Counted from the stretch's first letter, positions 39,555 through 49,791 are shown. The stretch is DNA of 64,000 nucleotides from Pedobacter sp. (GCF_041645105.1 NZ_JBAZQQ010000011.1:37884-101883); one strand, 5' to 3'. Numbers and translations: made by a program. The notes: generated from the letters alone by a model not told the origin.

Positions 39555-40346
39555 GTGAAAACATTAGAATTTGATTTCTTAAAAATAACAGTTACAGATG
39601 CAGTAGATATCATTCTGGTTGCACTGATCATATATTACATTTACAACCTGATTAAAAACACGCTGGCTGTAAACCTATTATTGGGAATGGTTATTATCCT
39701 GGTAATATACTGGGTTGTTGCTGCCCTTAACATGAAGCTGCTTTCGAATATCCTAAATCAGTTCATGAATGTAGGGATTATTGCCTTGATTGTTATATTC
39801 CAACCGGAAATCAGGCGATTCCTCCTATTAATTGGAAAAAATACATTTTTACAACAAAACAAAGCCTGGTGGGGTTATTTATTTGGCAGCAAGAATATTG
39901 AACAAAATAACCTGATCAGAATTAAACCTATCATTGATGCTTGTAAAAGCATGAAAAAGACCAGAACAGGTGCTTTGATTGTATTTGTTAAGTTCTATGA
40001 TGATCAGCTATTTGCGAATAGCTGCGAGCTAATCGATTCTAAAATATCAAAACGATTACTTGAAAGTATTTTTCAAAAGTACAGTCCACTTCATGATGGT
40101 GCTGTAGTTATTGCAGAAAATAAAATTAAAAGTGCCAGCTGCATTCTTCCTCTAACTGATAATGATAAACTACCTCCGCAATTTGGCCTCCGCCATCGTG
40201 CAGGTATAGGCATTTCAGAAACCGCTGATGCTGTAGCAGTTATAATTTCAGAAGAGACAGGAGAAATTGCCTATGCCAAACAAGGAAGAGTGCGAATGAA
40301 TGTTTCATTCGGAGAATTAGAAAAATTATTAAATAAGGACTTCTAA
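39555..40346 (+). CDS. cdaA: Diadenylate cyclase CdaA (DisA_N/DAC domain, membrane anchored)
   Basis: Three N-terminal TM segments, FQPEIRRFL, catalytic HDGA, GLRHRAGIG, SEETG; GTG start. Confidence 0.93.
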   Translation: MKTLEFDFLKITVTDAVDIILVALIIYYIYNLIKNTLAVNLLLGMVIILVIYWVVAALNMKLLSNILNQFMNVGIIALIVIFQPEIRRFLLLIGKNTFLQQNKAWWGYLFGSKNIEQNNLIRIKPIIDACKSMKKTRTGALIVFVKFYDDQLFANSCELIDSKISKRLLESIFQKYSPLHDGAVVIAENKIKSASCILPLTDNDKLPPQFGLRHRAGIGISETADAVAVIISEETGEIAYAKQGRVRMNVSFGELEKLLNKDF

Positions 40347-40446
40347 TTTTTTGCTATTAACTTGTTAATTAACATATATTAGCGCAAAAATTAAAATCAT
40401 TAATCGATTAACCCTACACCGTTAATTAAGTATTTTAATATTCTTA

Positions 40447-42810
40447 ATGGAGTTAAGTAAGTGTTTTTATAGCGTATGGCTAATGCTATGCTGCTTTACA
40501 AGTTGTGTATTTGCAAATTCTAATGTAGAAATCCCTGTCGCAAAAAATGGGGTAATAGATCTTCGCGAACAAAATTTAGAGAACAAAATCCCTCTTAAGG
40601 GCGAATGGTTATTTTACTGGAACCAACTGTTAGATCCTAAAAATATAGAAAATGGTAATGCTGAACTGGTAGACTTTCCTTACAGCTGGACAGATAAAAA
40701 AAATGGGAAAAGCTTACCTGCATTTGGTTATGGTACTTATTCTGTCAAAGTTATATTACCAAAATCACGACAGTCTTTAAAAATTGCTATGCCAGATGTT
40801 TATTCAGCATACAAACTATACGTGAATGGGCGTTTAGTGGGAAAAAATGGAAAAGTTAGTACTGTTGCCGATAACTTCATTCCATATTGGGAACATAAAA
40901 CAATAGATGTGCCAGGTGGCGCAGATACATTAAACCTCGTATTGCAGGTTTCAAACTTTACCCATAGAAAGGCGGGGATTAAGAAAAACATCTGGATTGG
41001 CAATAAGGATAAGGTTATTTTAGACAGAAAACAAACCGAGGCCATTGATCTTTTATTGACAGGATGCCTGATTATGGGTGGTCTTTTCTTCTTAGGATTA
41101 TACCTGATGGGTAACAGAGACAAGCCCATTTTATTGTTCGCTCTATTCTCTATAGTGTATAGTTATAGAGTAGCAGGAACAGACAATTATGTACTGCATA
41201 CAATACTTCCAGATGTAAGTTGGGACCTAATGATCCGGCTTGAATATTTGAGTCTATTTTTAGGAATTAGTCTATTTACTTTATATACCAGATACCTATA
41301 TCCAGGCGAAGTAAATAAAATAATTATATGGGCTATTGGATCATTGTGTTTCGGCTTCTCCGTTGCAAGTATGATAATATCGCCGTATTACTTTTCGCAG
41401 CTAACCAATCCATTCCTGATCGTAATGACTTCTTGCTTGATTTATATACCTTATGTATATATCATTGCCTACAAAAGAAAAAGACCAGGAGCAATTTACA
41501 CGCTATTAAGTACGATTGCATTAATGCCTGTCTTTGCAATTACTTTACTTAATTATTGGTCATTCATTCCAACATTCCAACTATTGTGTTTTGTGTTATA
41601 CATTAGTTTTTTCTTTCTTCAATCACTCATCTTATCTCACAGAGTATCTTTTGATCTCAAGAAGTCTAGAATTGAAGCAGAGGAAGGACTCAGGGCAAAA
41701 AGTGAGTTTTTAAGCACCATGAGCCATGAAATCAGAACTCCGCTAAATGCCGTGATTGGGATGAGCCATCTTTTGCTAAAAAACACCCCGAGAAACGATC
41801 AGAAAGAGCAGCTTGATGTGATGCTTTTTTCAGCAAACAACCTTCTCTCTATTGTTAATGACATTTTAGATCTGAATAAGATTGAAGCAGGGAAAGTTAC
41901 CTTCGAAAGAATTGAAATGGATGTAGCCTCCATTGCAGGTAACATTGTTTCCGGAATGCAAAGTGCAGCCAATGATAAAGGAATTGGCCTGATGCTTCAT
42001 GTAGATCAGAGATTGAACAATAAATTACTTGGTGACCCTACCCGATTATCACAAGTGATGACAAATCTTGTTCATAATGCTATAAAATTTACCAATCAAG
42101 GCTTTGTACAAGTGGCGGTAAATCTAACCACACAAACAGAAACATTTGTCACCTTAACTATTGAAGTAAAAGACACAGGGATAGGCATTTCTAAAGATAA
42201 ACAGAAGATTATTTTCGAACGGTTTACTCAAGCTGACTCCTCCACCTCCAGAGGTTTTGGAGGTACAGGTTTAGGATTGTCTATCTGTAAAAGAATACTT
42301 GAATTACAGAACTCATCATTAAATGTAATTAGTACCGTAGGCAAAGGTTCTACGTTCTATTTTGTACAGACTTTTGAAAAAAGCCATAAGACCCTTGAAC
42401 ATAAAAAACAAGAACTTTTACCAACAGAAAGTGACAAACCTCTTTCAGGAATACATATCCTGCTTGTTGAAGACAATCTGATGAATGTATTAGTGGCTCA
42501 AAGATATCTGGAACGTTGGGGAGCAACAATCGAGGTTGCATTGAATGGGCAGGAAGCTTTAGATAAATTAGATGTAAACAGGCATAAATTGATATTGATG
42601 GATTTGCACATGCCTGTAATGGACGGCTATAAATCAAGCATGCAAATGCGACAGAATGGTGTTACCTTGCCTATTGTTGCACTAACTGCAAACCTGCCTG
42701 ATGAAATAGAGGACAGGGTGTTTGCAGCGGGAATTGATGACATAGTGATCAAACCATTTTTACCGGATGAACTGTATAGAAAAGTACTATACCATATTTC
42801 CGAAAAGTAA
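40447..42810 (+). CDS. Hybrid sensor histidine kinase/response regulator with an extracytoplasmic sugar-binding-like domain and a 7TM-DISM region
   Basis: LKGEWLFYWNQLL, GYGTY; seven TM segments; H-box MSHEIRTPLN; N-box NLVHNAIKF; DTGIG; GTGLGL; REC ILMDLHMP. Confidence 0.93.
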   Translation: MELSKCFYSVWLMLCCFTSCVFANSNVEIPVAKNGVIDLREQNLENKIPLKGEWLFYWNQLLDPKNIENGNAELVDFPYSWTDKKNGKSLPAFGYGTYSVKVILPKSRQSLKIAMPDVYSAYKLYVNGRLVGKNGKVSTVADNFIPYWEHKTIDVPGGADTLNLVLQVSNFTHRKAGIKKNIWIGNKDKVILDRKQTEAIDLLLTGCLIMGGLFFLGLYLMGNRDKPILLFALFSIVYSYRVAGTDNYVLHTILPDVSWDLMIRLEYLSLFLGISLFTLYTRYLYPGEVNKIIIWAIGSLCFGFSVASMIISPYYFSQLTNPFLIVMTSCLIYIPYVYIIAYKRKRPGAIYTLLSTIALMPVFAITLLNYWSFIPTFQLLCFVLYISFFFLQSLILSHRVSFDLKKSRIEAEEGLRAKSEFLSTMSHEIRTPLNAVIGMSHLLLKNTPRNDQKEQLDVMLFSANNLLSIVNDILDLNKIEAGKVTFERIEMDVASIAGNIVSGMQSAANDKGIGLMLHVDQRLNNKLLGDPTRLSQVMTNLVHNAIKFTNQGFVQVAVNLTTQTETFVTLTIEVKDTGIGISKDKQKIIFERFTQADSSTSRGFGGTGLGLSICKRILELQNSSLNVISTVGKGSTFYFVQTFEKSHKTLEHKKQELLPTESDKPLSGIHILLVEDNLMNVLVAQRYLERWGATIEVALNGQEALDKLDVNRHKLILMDLHMPVMDGYKSSMQMRQNGVTLPIVALTANLPDEIEDRVFAAGIDDIVIKPFLPDELYRKVLYHISEK

Positions 42811-42822
42811 ACAAAAACAGAA

Positions 42823-42844
42823 GGGCTACCTTTTCAGATAGCCC
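42823..42844. terminator. Terminator hairpin between the convergent kinase and brx genes
   Basis: gggcta-ccttttcaga-tagccc flanked by A-rich and T-rich tracts. Confidence 0.55.
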
Positions 42845-42863
42845 CAGTCATTATTTTTTGTGA

Positions 42864-43274
42864 TTAGCAGTATTGATCAAATGCTCCAATTAAGCTATCA
42901 GCGATCATTTGAGCGGGACGCCCTTCAATTTGATGACGTTCAATCATATGAACCAATTTACCATCTTTAAACAAAGCCATTGCTGGTGATGATGGTGGAA
43001 AAGGCATCATATACCCTCTTGCTCTATCAACTGCTTCTTTTTCCATCCCTGCAAATACTGTTACCAGCTTATCAGGATGTTTTTCGTTAGCTGCGGCCAG
43101 TCTCGCTGCCGGACGTGCATTAGCAGCAGCACAGCCACATACAGAGTTTACAACTACGAAGACAGTTCCCTTGCCAGTGATGGCATTGTCCACATCTTCT
43201 GCAGTTTTTAATTCTTCAAAACCTACTTTAGTAAGTTCTGCACGCATCGGTTCTACTAAATATTCTGGATACAT
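42864..43274 (-). CDS. BrxA/BrxB family bacilliredoxin
   Basis: MYPEYLVEPMRAEL start (ATG 43274), NSVCGCAA (CGC motif), VTVFAG, PSSPAMALFKDG, IEGR. Confidence 0.92.
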   Translation of the reverse strand: MYPEYLVEPMRAELTKVGFEELKTAEDVDNAITGKGTVFVVVNSVCGCAAANARPAARLAAANEKHPDKLVTVFAGMEKEAVDRARGYMMPFPPSSPAMALFKDGKLVHMIERHQIEGRPAQMIADSLIGAFDQYC

Positions 43275-43401
43275 ATACTTTAGTTCTTTATTAATTTCTA
43301 TTTCAATATACAAATGTACAGCACTTGTAGTTAGCATCAAAGGTTATCAGCTTTATGCTTTAGTTTTTACCGTTAAATTACTTTAGGATCAGATTATTCC
43401 A

Positions 43402-43409
43402 TACTTTTG
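43402..43409 (+). promoter_or_regulatory. -7 promoter element for ahcY
   Basis: TACTTTTG matches TAnnTTTG. Confidence 0.55.
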
Positions 43410-43466
43410 CATAACGAAATCCCGTTCTAGAACAACTTGGATTTCATAAACTTAAAAAATAATAAT

Positions 43467-44783
43467 ATGTCATCAGTAGAGACAACTTACGTTCCTTACA
43501 AAGTTAAGGACATTTCACTGGCAGAATGGGGCCGCAAAGAAATCGGATTGGCAGAGGCAGAAATGCCAGGATTGATGTCATTACGCGAAGAATTCGGACC
43601 ATCAAAACCTTTAAAAGGTGCACGCATTGCAGGATGTTTACACATGACCATCCAAACTGCGGTTTTAATCGAAACATTGGTAGAACTAGGTGCTGAAGTA
43701 ACCTGGTCTTCATGTAATATCTTCTCCACACAAGATCATGCCGCTGCTGCAATTGCTGCTGCAGGTATTCAGGTTTATGCCTGGAAGGGGTTAGACGAAG
43801 AGAGCTTCGACTGGTGTATTGAACAAACTTTACACTTCGGACCAGAGCGTCAGCCATTAAACATGATTCTTGATGATGGCGGCGATTTAACTAATATGGT
43901 GTTCGACAAATTCCCTGAGCTGATTCCAGCGATTAAAGGTTTATCTGAAGAAACGACTACAGGAGTACACCGTTTATATGAGCGCATGAAAAATGGCACA
44001 TTGCACTTACCTGCAATTAATGTAAACGATTCTGTTACTAAATCTAAATTTGACAACAAATATGGTTGTCGTGAGTCATTAGTTGATGCGATCCGTCGTG
44101 CAACTGACGTAATGATGGCTGGTAAAGTTGCTGTTGTTGCAGGTTATGGTGATGTTGGTAAAGGTTCTGCAGAATCTTTAAGTTCACAAGGTGTACGTGT
44201 TATTGTTTCTGAAATTGACCCGATCTGTGCATTACAAGCTGCAATGGAAGGATATGAAGTAAAGAAATTTGCTACAGCTGTTAAAGAAGCTGATATCATT
44301 GTAACCACTACTGGTAACTGTGACATCGTTCGTGCTGAACACTTCAAAACCATGAAAGACAAAGCTATCGTTTGTAATATTGGTCACTTTGATAATGAGA
44401 TTGATGTTGCCTGGTTAAATAAAAACTATGGTGATACTAAAGTAGAGATCAAACCTCAGGTTGATAAGTATACTATCGACGGCAAAGATATCATCTTATT
44501 GGCTGAAGGCCGTTTGGTAAACTTAGGCTGTGCAACTGGTCACCCAAGCTTTGTAATGTCTAACTCATTTACAAACCAAACATTAGCGCAATTGGAATTG
44601 TGGACAAACACTGATAAATATGAGAACAAAGTATATGTTCTTCCTAAATATTTAGATGAGAAAGTTGCACGTTTACACCTGGCTAAAATTGGTGTTGAAC
44701 TGGATGTATTAGATCAGCATCAAGCAGACTATATTGGTGTTCCTGTTGAAGGTCCGTTTAAACCTGAAGCATACAGATACTAA
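43467..44783 (+). CDS. ahcY: Adenosylhomocysteinase
   Basis: [58 protein letters not shown]; ATG 43467 preferred. Confidence 0.99.
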   Translation: MSSVETTYVPYKVKDISLAEWGRKEIGLAEAEMPGLMSLREEFGPSKPLKGARIAGCLHMTIQTAVLIETLVELGAEVTWSSCNIFSTQDHAAAAIAAAGIQVYAWKGLDEESFDWCIEQTLHFGPERQPLNMILDDGGDLTNMVFDKFPELIPAIKGLSEETTTGVHRLYERMKNGTLHLPAINVNDSVTKSKFDNKYGCRESLVDAIRRATDVMMAGKVAVVAGYGDVGKGSAESLSSQGVRVIVSEIDPICALQAAMEGYEVKKFATAVKEADIIVTTTGNCDIVRAEHFKTMKDKAIVCNIGHFDNEIDVAWLNKNYGDTKVEIKPQVDKYTIDGKDIILLAEGRLVNLGCATGHPSFVMSNSFTNQTLAQLELWTNTDKYENKVYVLPKYLDEKVARLHLAKIGVELDVLDQHQADYIGVPVEGPFKPEAYRY

Positions 44784-44790
44784 GAAAGAA

Positions 44791-44853
44791 TAAGCCTAAG
44801 TGAATCGGCTTAATGAACGGTCAAGTAGAACATGGTTTTACTTGACCGTTTTT
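44791..44853. terminator. Two tandem hairpins terminating convergent ahcY and susD
   Basis: taagcc..ggctta (44791-44812) and aacggtcaagta..tacttgaccgtt (44816-44850) followed by a T run. Confidence 0.8.
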
Positions 44854-44867
44854 ATTAGCAATGGATT

Positions 44868-46388
44868 CTAGAAAGTATACCCAGGATTTTGTTCAAGGGC
44901 TCTATTTCTTTCCCATGCCTCCCGTGGAATTGGCAAACGTATAGGCTTAGTTTGAAGCCATGGTTTATTCGCCACATCTAAGGTTGAATAATTGGGTCTG
45001 TTGTCACGAATAAAGTCCAGGAAACGACCTCTGCGATTTAAATCAGAGAAAGCACCAGCAGATTCCCAGATAAATTCCATTCTTCTTTCATAAAATATAG
45101 CATCAAGAACATCGTCTTTACCCAAGGTAAGTGGTTTTGGATCTAATTTAGCACGCTTACGGATACGATTCACTTCAATCATGGCATCCTGACTGCGACC
45201 CACTTCATTTAAAGCTTCAGCGTAATTCAATACCACCTCGGCATAGCGCAATACAGGTGCATTTACGCCAGAATTTCCAATAGTTGCTTTTTGCCAATAT
45301 TTAGTGAGAATATAACCCGATTTAGACCAACCGGCAGGAACATTAACAGGCATTACAAACGCTGCCATATCCTGATGAGGTTCTCCTGGACCAATGATAG
45401 CTCTCCAATAACGATCATCTTTGATTCTGCCAGTCTGATCCTTTTCAAATGCTTCTACCCAATGTGCCTGTGGAACAAAATTACTCCATGCTCCGGAACC
45501 TGTAAATTGAGATGGAGCTCCACGAGGTGCTGTTCTGTAAACAATGTTACTACCCTCGCCATCATTTCCTCCACGAAACTGAGTTGCGAAAAGCATTTCT
45601 TCATTTCCTTCATTAGTTTCCAAAAATACATCTCTGAAATTCGGTACAATATCATAGATTTTTAAATCATTGATATCCTCACTTGCCTTAACAGCGTCGG
45701 GCCATTTCTCCTGCCATAAATAAGCTTTCACTAAAAAACCTAAAGCCGCACCTTTGGTAGCACGCCCTAAGTCCTTTCCCTGCCAGGTTGGAGGTAAAAC
45801 AGCAATTGCATCATTTAAGTCTTTCTCTACCTGCACCCAGATATCCTTAGCACTGGCTCTCGGAATTTCCATGTTTGAAGAAGCATCAAGCTCATCCAGC
45901 ACTAAAGGAACACCACCGAAATAGTTCACCAGGCGATAATAATAGATAGCCCTTAAAAATTTTGCCTGAGCAACAATTTTTGCTTTCACGTCATCAGCTA
46001 AACCCTCCATTTTACTTACTCTGGAGATCGTTAAATTAGCACGACTTATTCCAATGTAGGTTTGACTGTACACATCTCTTATTTTTGTATTGCTGGCAGG
46101 CAAGTTCAGGGAATGGATTTCAATCCTCGCTGCAGATCCGTCCATTTCATACAAATCACCACTCATAGCCCACTCAATATCGGCAGCATCTATAGATACA
46201 CCATAAGTTTCATTAGGCTGTAATTGTCCATAAACACCGGTAAGGGCTGATTGAGCATCTTTTTCAGTTTGAAAAAAATTAGCATCCGTTAACTGATCCT
46301 TAGGTGTTAAGGTTAGAAAGTCTTTGGTACATGAAGAAAAAATGCCTATGCTTATAAAAAGCATTATATATTTAAATCCTGTTTTCAT
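44868..46388 (-). CDS. susD: SusD/RagB family lipoprotein
   Basis: Lipobox FSSC; QAKFLRAIYYYRLVNYFGGVP, RYAEVVLNYAEA, ERRMEF, QNPGY. Confidence 0.95.
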   Translation of the reverse strand: MKTGFKYIMLFISIGIFSSCTKDFLTLTPKDQLTDANFFQTEKDAQSALTGVYGQLQPNETYGVSIDAADIEWAMSGDLYEMDGSAARIEIHSLNLPASNTKIRDVYSQTYIGISRANLTISRVSKMEGLADDVKAKIVAQAKFLRAIYYYRLVNYFGGVPLVLDELDASSNMEIPRASAKDIWVQVEKDLNDAIAVLPPTWQGKDLGRATKGAALGFLVKAYLWQEKWPDAVKASEDINDLKIYDIVPNFRDVFLETNEGNEEMLFATQFRGGNDGEGSNIVYRTAPRGAPSQFTGSGAWSNFVPQAHWVEAFEKDQTGRIKDDRYWRAIIGPGEPHQDMAAFVMPVNVPAGWSKSGYILTKYWQKATIGNSGVNAPVLRYAEVVLNYAEALNEVGRSQDAMIEVNRIRKRAKLDPKPLTLGKDDVLDAIFYERRMEFIWESAGAFSDLNRRGRFLDFIRDNRPNYSTLDVANKPWLQTKPIRLPIPREAWERNRALEQNPGYTF

Positions 46389-46412
46389 TTTCGTTAAGAT
46401 TATTTTTGAATA

Positions 46413-49400
46413 TTATAGCGTAAGATTAATACCTGCGGTGAAAGTTCTTGGCATTGGGTAAACACCATCGTCAACTCCTGCCCTAATCGGGTTTGTACTA
46501 CCGACTTCAGGGTCAAATCCGGAATATGAAGTGAAAGTGAACAGGTTTTGAGCACTTACATAAAACCTCAGGCTCTTAAAGGACTTTAATTTGTTAAAGA
46601 CAGAGGAAGGTAAACTATAACCCAAAACAATATTCCTAACTCTCATATAATCGCCTTTTTCCACATAAAAAGAAGAAGCATTTGCATAATTCCCATTGGC
46701 GTCCACATATTTCAATGCTGGGATTTCATTTTTACCGCTTCCCGGTGTCCACCTTTCTAAAACATTTATAGAGCTGTTCACAACTCCTGTCCCACCAAAA
46801 TACTTCATTGGATAGATAGAAAACTTATTAGAATGGAAGATCTCATTTCCGGCTACACCCTGTAGTAATATGTTTAAATCAAACCCTTTATAAGATAAAT
46901 CCAGGTTCATTCCATACATGATTTCCGGCCATGGTGTCCCCAATTTCACTTTATCAAGGTCAGATAGAATATTATCGCCATTGATGTCTTTAAACTTAAA
47001 ATCTCCCGCTACTGCATTAGGCTGCAAAGTTTTATTGACTTCTTGATTAGTCTGATAAATTCCATCTACCACATAACCTCTATAATATCCTATTGGCTGG
47101 CCAACTTCCGTATAAGAAGAGCTCATACTGGTAAAGTTAATTGTTGGTCCGTTGATTGGTCTGCCCACACCTAAACTAGTTACCACATTGGTTAACGTTG
47201 AAATATTTCCATTGACATCAATTTTCAATCCTCCTACTTCAGTTTTGTAACCAAGCAATAATTCAAAACCTTTGTTTTGTACCGCCCCTCCATTTACAGA
47301 TGGAGCTGTAGTAAAACCAGCTTCATAAGAAACGGGAAGGTTAACTAACATATCCTTTGTGTTCTTAACATAATAATCGGCTGTCAGGTAAACCGAATTA
47401 TTAAATAAAGAGGCATCTATACCAATATTTGTTTGTTCTGTAGTTTCCCATTTTAAATTAGGGTTCCCCGGTCTCGACATAGAGGCTCCTAAAATTAAAT
47501 CCTGGTTTGGTCCGAACACATAGTTATCACTTGCAGTTCCACTTCTAATGGTGTTTAAATAACCGAAGGCACCTATGGCATCATTACCCAATTGTCCCCA
47601 GCTACCTCTAATTTTCAATGCATTAATAAAAGATACTTTTTTAAGGAAATTTTCTTCTGAAATGTTCCACCCTGCAGATACCGATGGGAAATTACCCCAT
47701 TTATTATTTGGCCCAAAATTAGAGGAACCATCTCTTCTGATACTTACCGAAAATAAATAACGATCATTAAAACTATAATTTACACGTGCCAGATAAGAAG
47801 CCAGGGCATAATCGCCTCTTGTACCACTTGCTTCTCGCAAATCTGTTTTACTACCATTAATAACTTGTAATTGCTCATTAGAAAATTCCCTCCCCACAGC
47901 AGTAATCCAGTCAGTTTCACTTTTTTGTGCAGTTTGTCCAACAACAGCCGATATATTATGCTTGTCAATAATTTTGTTAAAGGAAAGTGTATTCTCAATT
48001 AACCAGGTTAAATCAACAGCTGCAGTTTCACTTAAATAAGCCTGAAGATTTCTATAATGTCCACGTTCTGCGGTAGGCTCCCAGGAAGTATTTCTATTGT
48101 TATCGTTGTCAATACCCAAACTTGTCCTGAATTTCAATCCAGGGATAATTTCATAAGCACCAAACACATTTCCGAAAACCCTTGAATTTTTTAAACGATT
48201 GTCCATTGACCTTGCCCGAAGCACTGGATTATCTCCCTGTGTGGTATAATAAGCGGAAGAACCATTGATGACTGCATCAGGACCAAGCGTAGGATAAAAT
48301 TGCTGTGCCAGGTTAAAAATACCATAATTCATTACCTGGTTCTGCTGACCTTGCGATTGTGTGATGGTATAAGCAAGGGAACCACCAAATGACAATTGAT
48401 CACTTGCTGCTAAATCTGCTGTAAATCTACCTGTATAGCGTTTATAGTTTGTTTCAATCATGGTTCCTTCCTGATCCAGAAAGCCCAGAGAAACGGCAGC
48501 TTTTAATTTCTTTGTACCTCCAGAAGCACTAAAATCATAATTTTGAACTGGAGCATTTCTAAAAACCTGATCAATCCAATTTGTACCTTCTCCAAAAGAA
48601 GCAGGATTTGCCCATTCAGGATTGGGCGTCATATTTGAATTGGTATAAAGTTCATTCGCTAAGGTTGCAAATTGTTCCGCATTTAAAAACTCAGGTTTTT
48701 TCCACAGCTGAGCCATACCAAGTGAAGAGTTAAAATTAACTTTTGCCTGCCCCTCTTTACCTCTTTTAGTGGTCACTAAAATAACTCCATTCGCCGCCCT
48801 TGAGCCATAAATCGCCGCTGATGCTGCATCCTTCAACACTTCGATAGATTCGATATCATTAGGATTAATAACAGATAAGCCATCAACTTTATCTGAACTC
48901 CGACCAGTTCCCATACTTCCACTACTTATTGGAAAACCATCAACCACATATAAAGGTTGGTTACCTCCAGTTGTACCAACGCCTCTGATCCGTACGGAAG
49001 AAGAGCCTCCTGGAGCGCCTGAAGTTTGTGAGACATATACACCAGGTATTTTACCCTGAATAGCAGATGTAAAACTTGGCGTAGCTACCTTTACCAAATC
49101 TTCTGACTTAATGGAAGATACCGCTCCTGTCATGTCTTTCCTACGTTGAGTTCCATAACCTACTACCACAACCTCATTTAAATTACTCGATTCGGGTTCT
49201 AGTTGAACTGTTAAATCGGTTTGGTTATTTACACCAACCTGTTTACTTTGATATCCGATAAAAGAAAAAACTAAGGTATCGGTTGATTTTGTAGCAATCT
49301 GAAAATTTCCGTTCACATCGCTGGACGTACCGCCACTGCTTCCTTTTATTTTTATACTTACACCTGGCAAAGTAATTTGATTAGTTCGATCTACAACTTT

Positions 49401-49505
49401 TCCACTCACATTTAGAGGCCCCTGGGCATAACCTACTCTTGGGATTAAAGCAAATAGAATCCCGAAAAGGAAACATGTTGCAGTAAAATTCTTTGTTTTC
49501 ATCAT
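46413..49505 (-). CDS. susC: SusC/RagA family TonB-dependent transporter
   Basis: LNEVVVVGYG, PLYVVDG, DIESIEVLKDAASAAIYGSRAANGVILVTTK, WETTEQTNIG, YPMPRTFTAGINLTL. Confidence 0.97.
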   Translation of the reverse strand: MMKTKNFTATCFLFGILFALIPRVGYAQGPLNVSGKVVDRTNQITLPGVSIKIKGSSGGTSSDVNGNFQIATKSTDTLVFSFIGYQSKQVGVNNQTDLTVQLEPESSNLNEVVVVGYGTQRRKDMTGAVSSIKSEDLVKVATPSFTSAIQGKIPGVYVSQTSGAPGGSSSVRIRGVGTTGGNQPLYVVDGFPISSGSMGTGRSSDKVDGLSVINPNDIESIEVLKDAASAAIYGSRAANGVILVTTKRGKEGQAKVNFNSSLGMAQLWKKPEFLNAEQFATLANELYTNSNMTPNPEWANPASFGEGTNWIDQVFRNAPVQNYDFSASGGTKKLKAAVSLGFLDQEGTMIETNYKRYTGRFTADLAASDQLSFGGSLAYTITQSQGQQNQVMNYGIFNLAQQFYPTLGPDAVINGSSAYYTTQGDNPVLRARSMDNRLKNSRVFGNVFGAYEIIPGLKFRTSLGIDNDNNRNTSWEPTAERGHYRNLQAYLSETAAVDLTWLIENTLSFNKIIDKHNISAVVGQTAQKSETDWITAVGREFSNEQLQVINGSKTDLREASGTRGDYALASYLARVNYSFNDRYLFSVSIRRDGSSNFGPNNKWGNFPSVSAGWNISEENFLKKVSFINALKIRGSWGQLGNDAIGAFGYLNTIRSGTASDNYVFGPNQDLILGASMSRPGNPNLKWETTEQTNIGIDASLFNNSVYLTADYYVKNTKDMLVNLPVSYEAGFTTAPSVNGGAVQNKGFELLLGYKTEVGGLKIDVNGNISTLTNVVTSLGVGRPINGPTINFTSMSSSYTEVGQPIGYYRGYVVDGIYQTNQEVNKTLQPNAVAGDFKFKDINGDNILSDLDKVKLGTPWPEIMYGMNLDLSYKGFDLNILLQGVAGNEIFHSNKFSIYPMKYFGGTGVVNSSINVLERWTPGSGKNEIPALKYVDANGNYANASSFYVEKGDYMRVRNIVLGYSLPSSVFNKLKSFKSLRFYVSAQNLFTFTSYSGFDPEVGSTNPIRAGVDDGVYPMPRTFTAGINLTL

Positions 49506-49572
49506 TTTGTTTAGGGATTTAGATTTACACTGTATGGTTAATTATGCTTGTTTAATTAAATAATAGATTATT

Positions 49573-49694
49573 CGGTTACGTACCCGTCAATTGAGATCTG
49601 TTGTTTCTTTCATCCTTTATCCAGATGATTAATTCGCAGTACGTTAATTAAGATTGTTTTTAAGAGACAAAACGGTTACGTTACCGTAAATCTA
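49573..49694 (-). promoter_or_regulatory. Putative LacI-type operator pair and -7-like element upstream of susC
   Basis: CGGTTACGTTACCG (49673-49686, one mismatch from a perfect palindrome) and CGGTTACGTACCCG (49573-49586) start exactly 100 bp apart; TAGATTTA on the minus strand at 49694-49687. Confidence 0.5.
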
Positions 49695-49791
49695 AAATAC
49701 CTTTTATTTTTCACATTTTAGTACCTTATGGAATAATGAATCGAAATTTTGGACGAATACAAAAAACAGGTCTTAAATCTGTTCGAAAATT

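Noticed and set aside
43275-43466. SAH/SAM riboswitch upstream of ahcY
   Set aside because: No recognisable conserved core or stable stems; the short AT-rich leader fits a plain promoter. An Infernal search would settle it.
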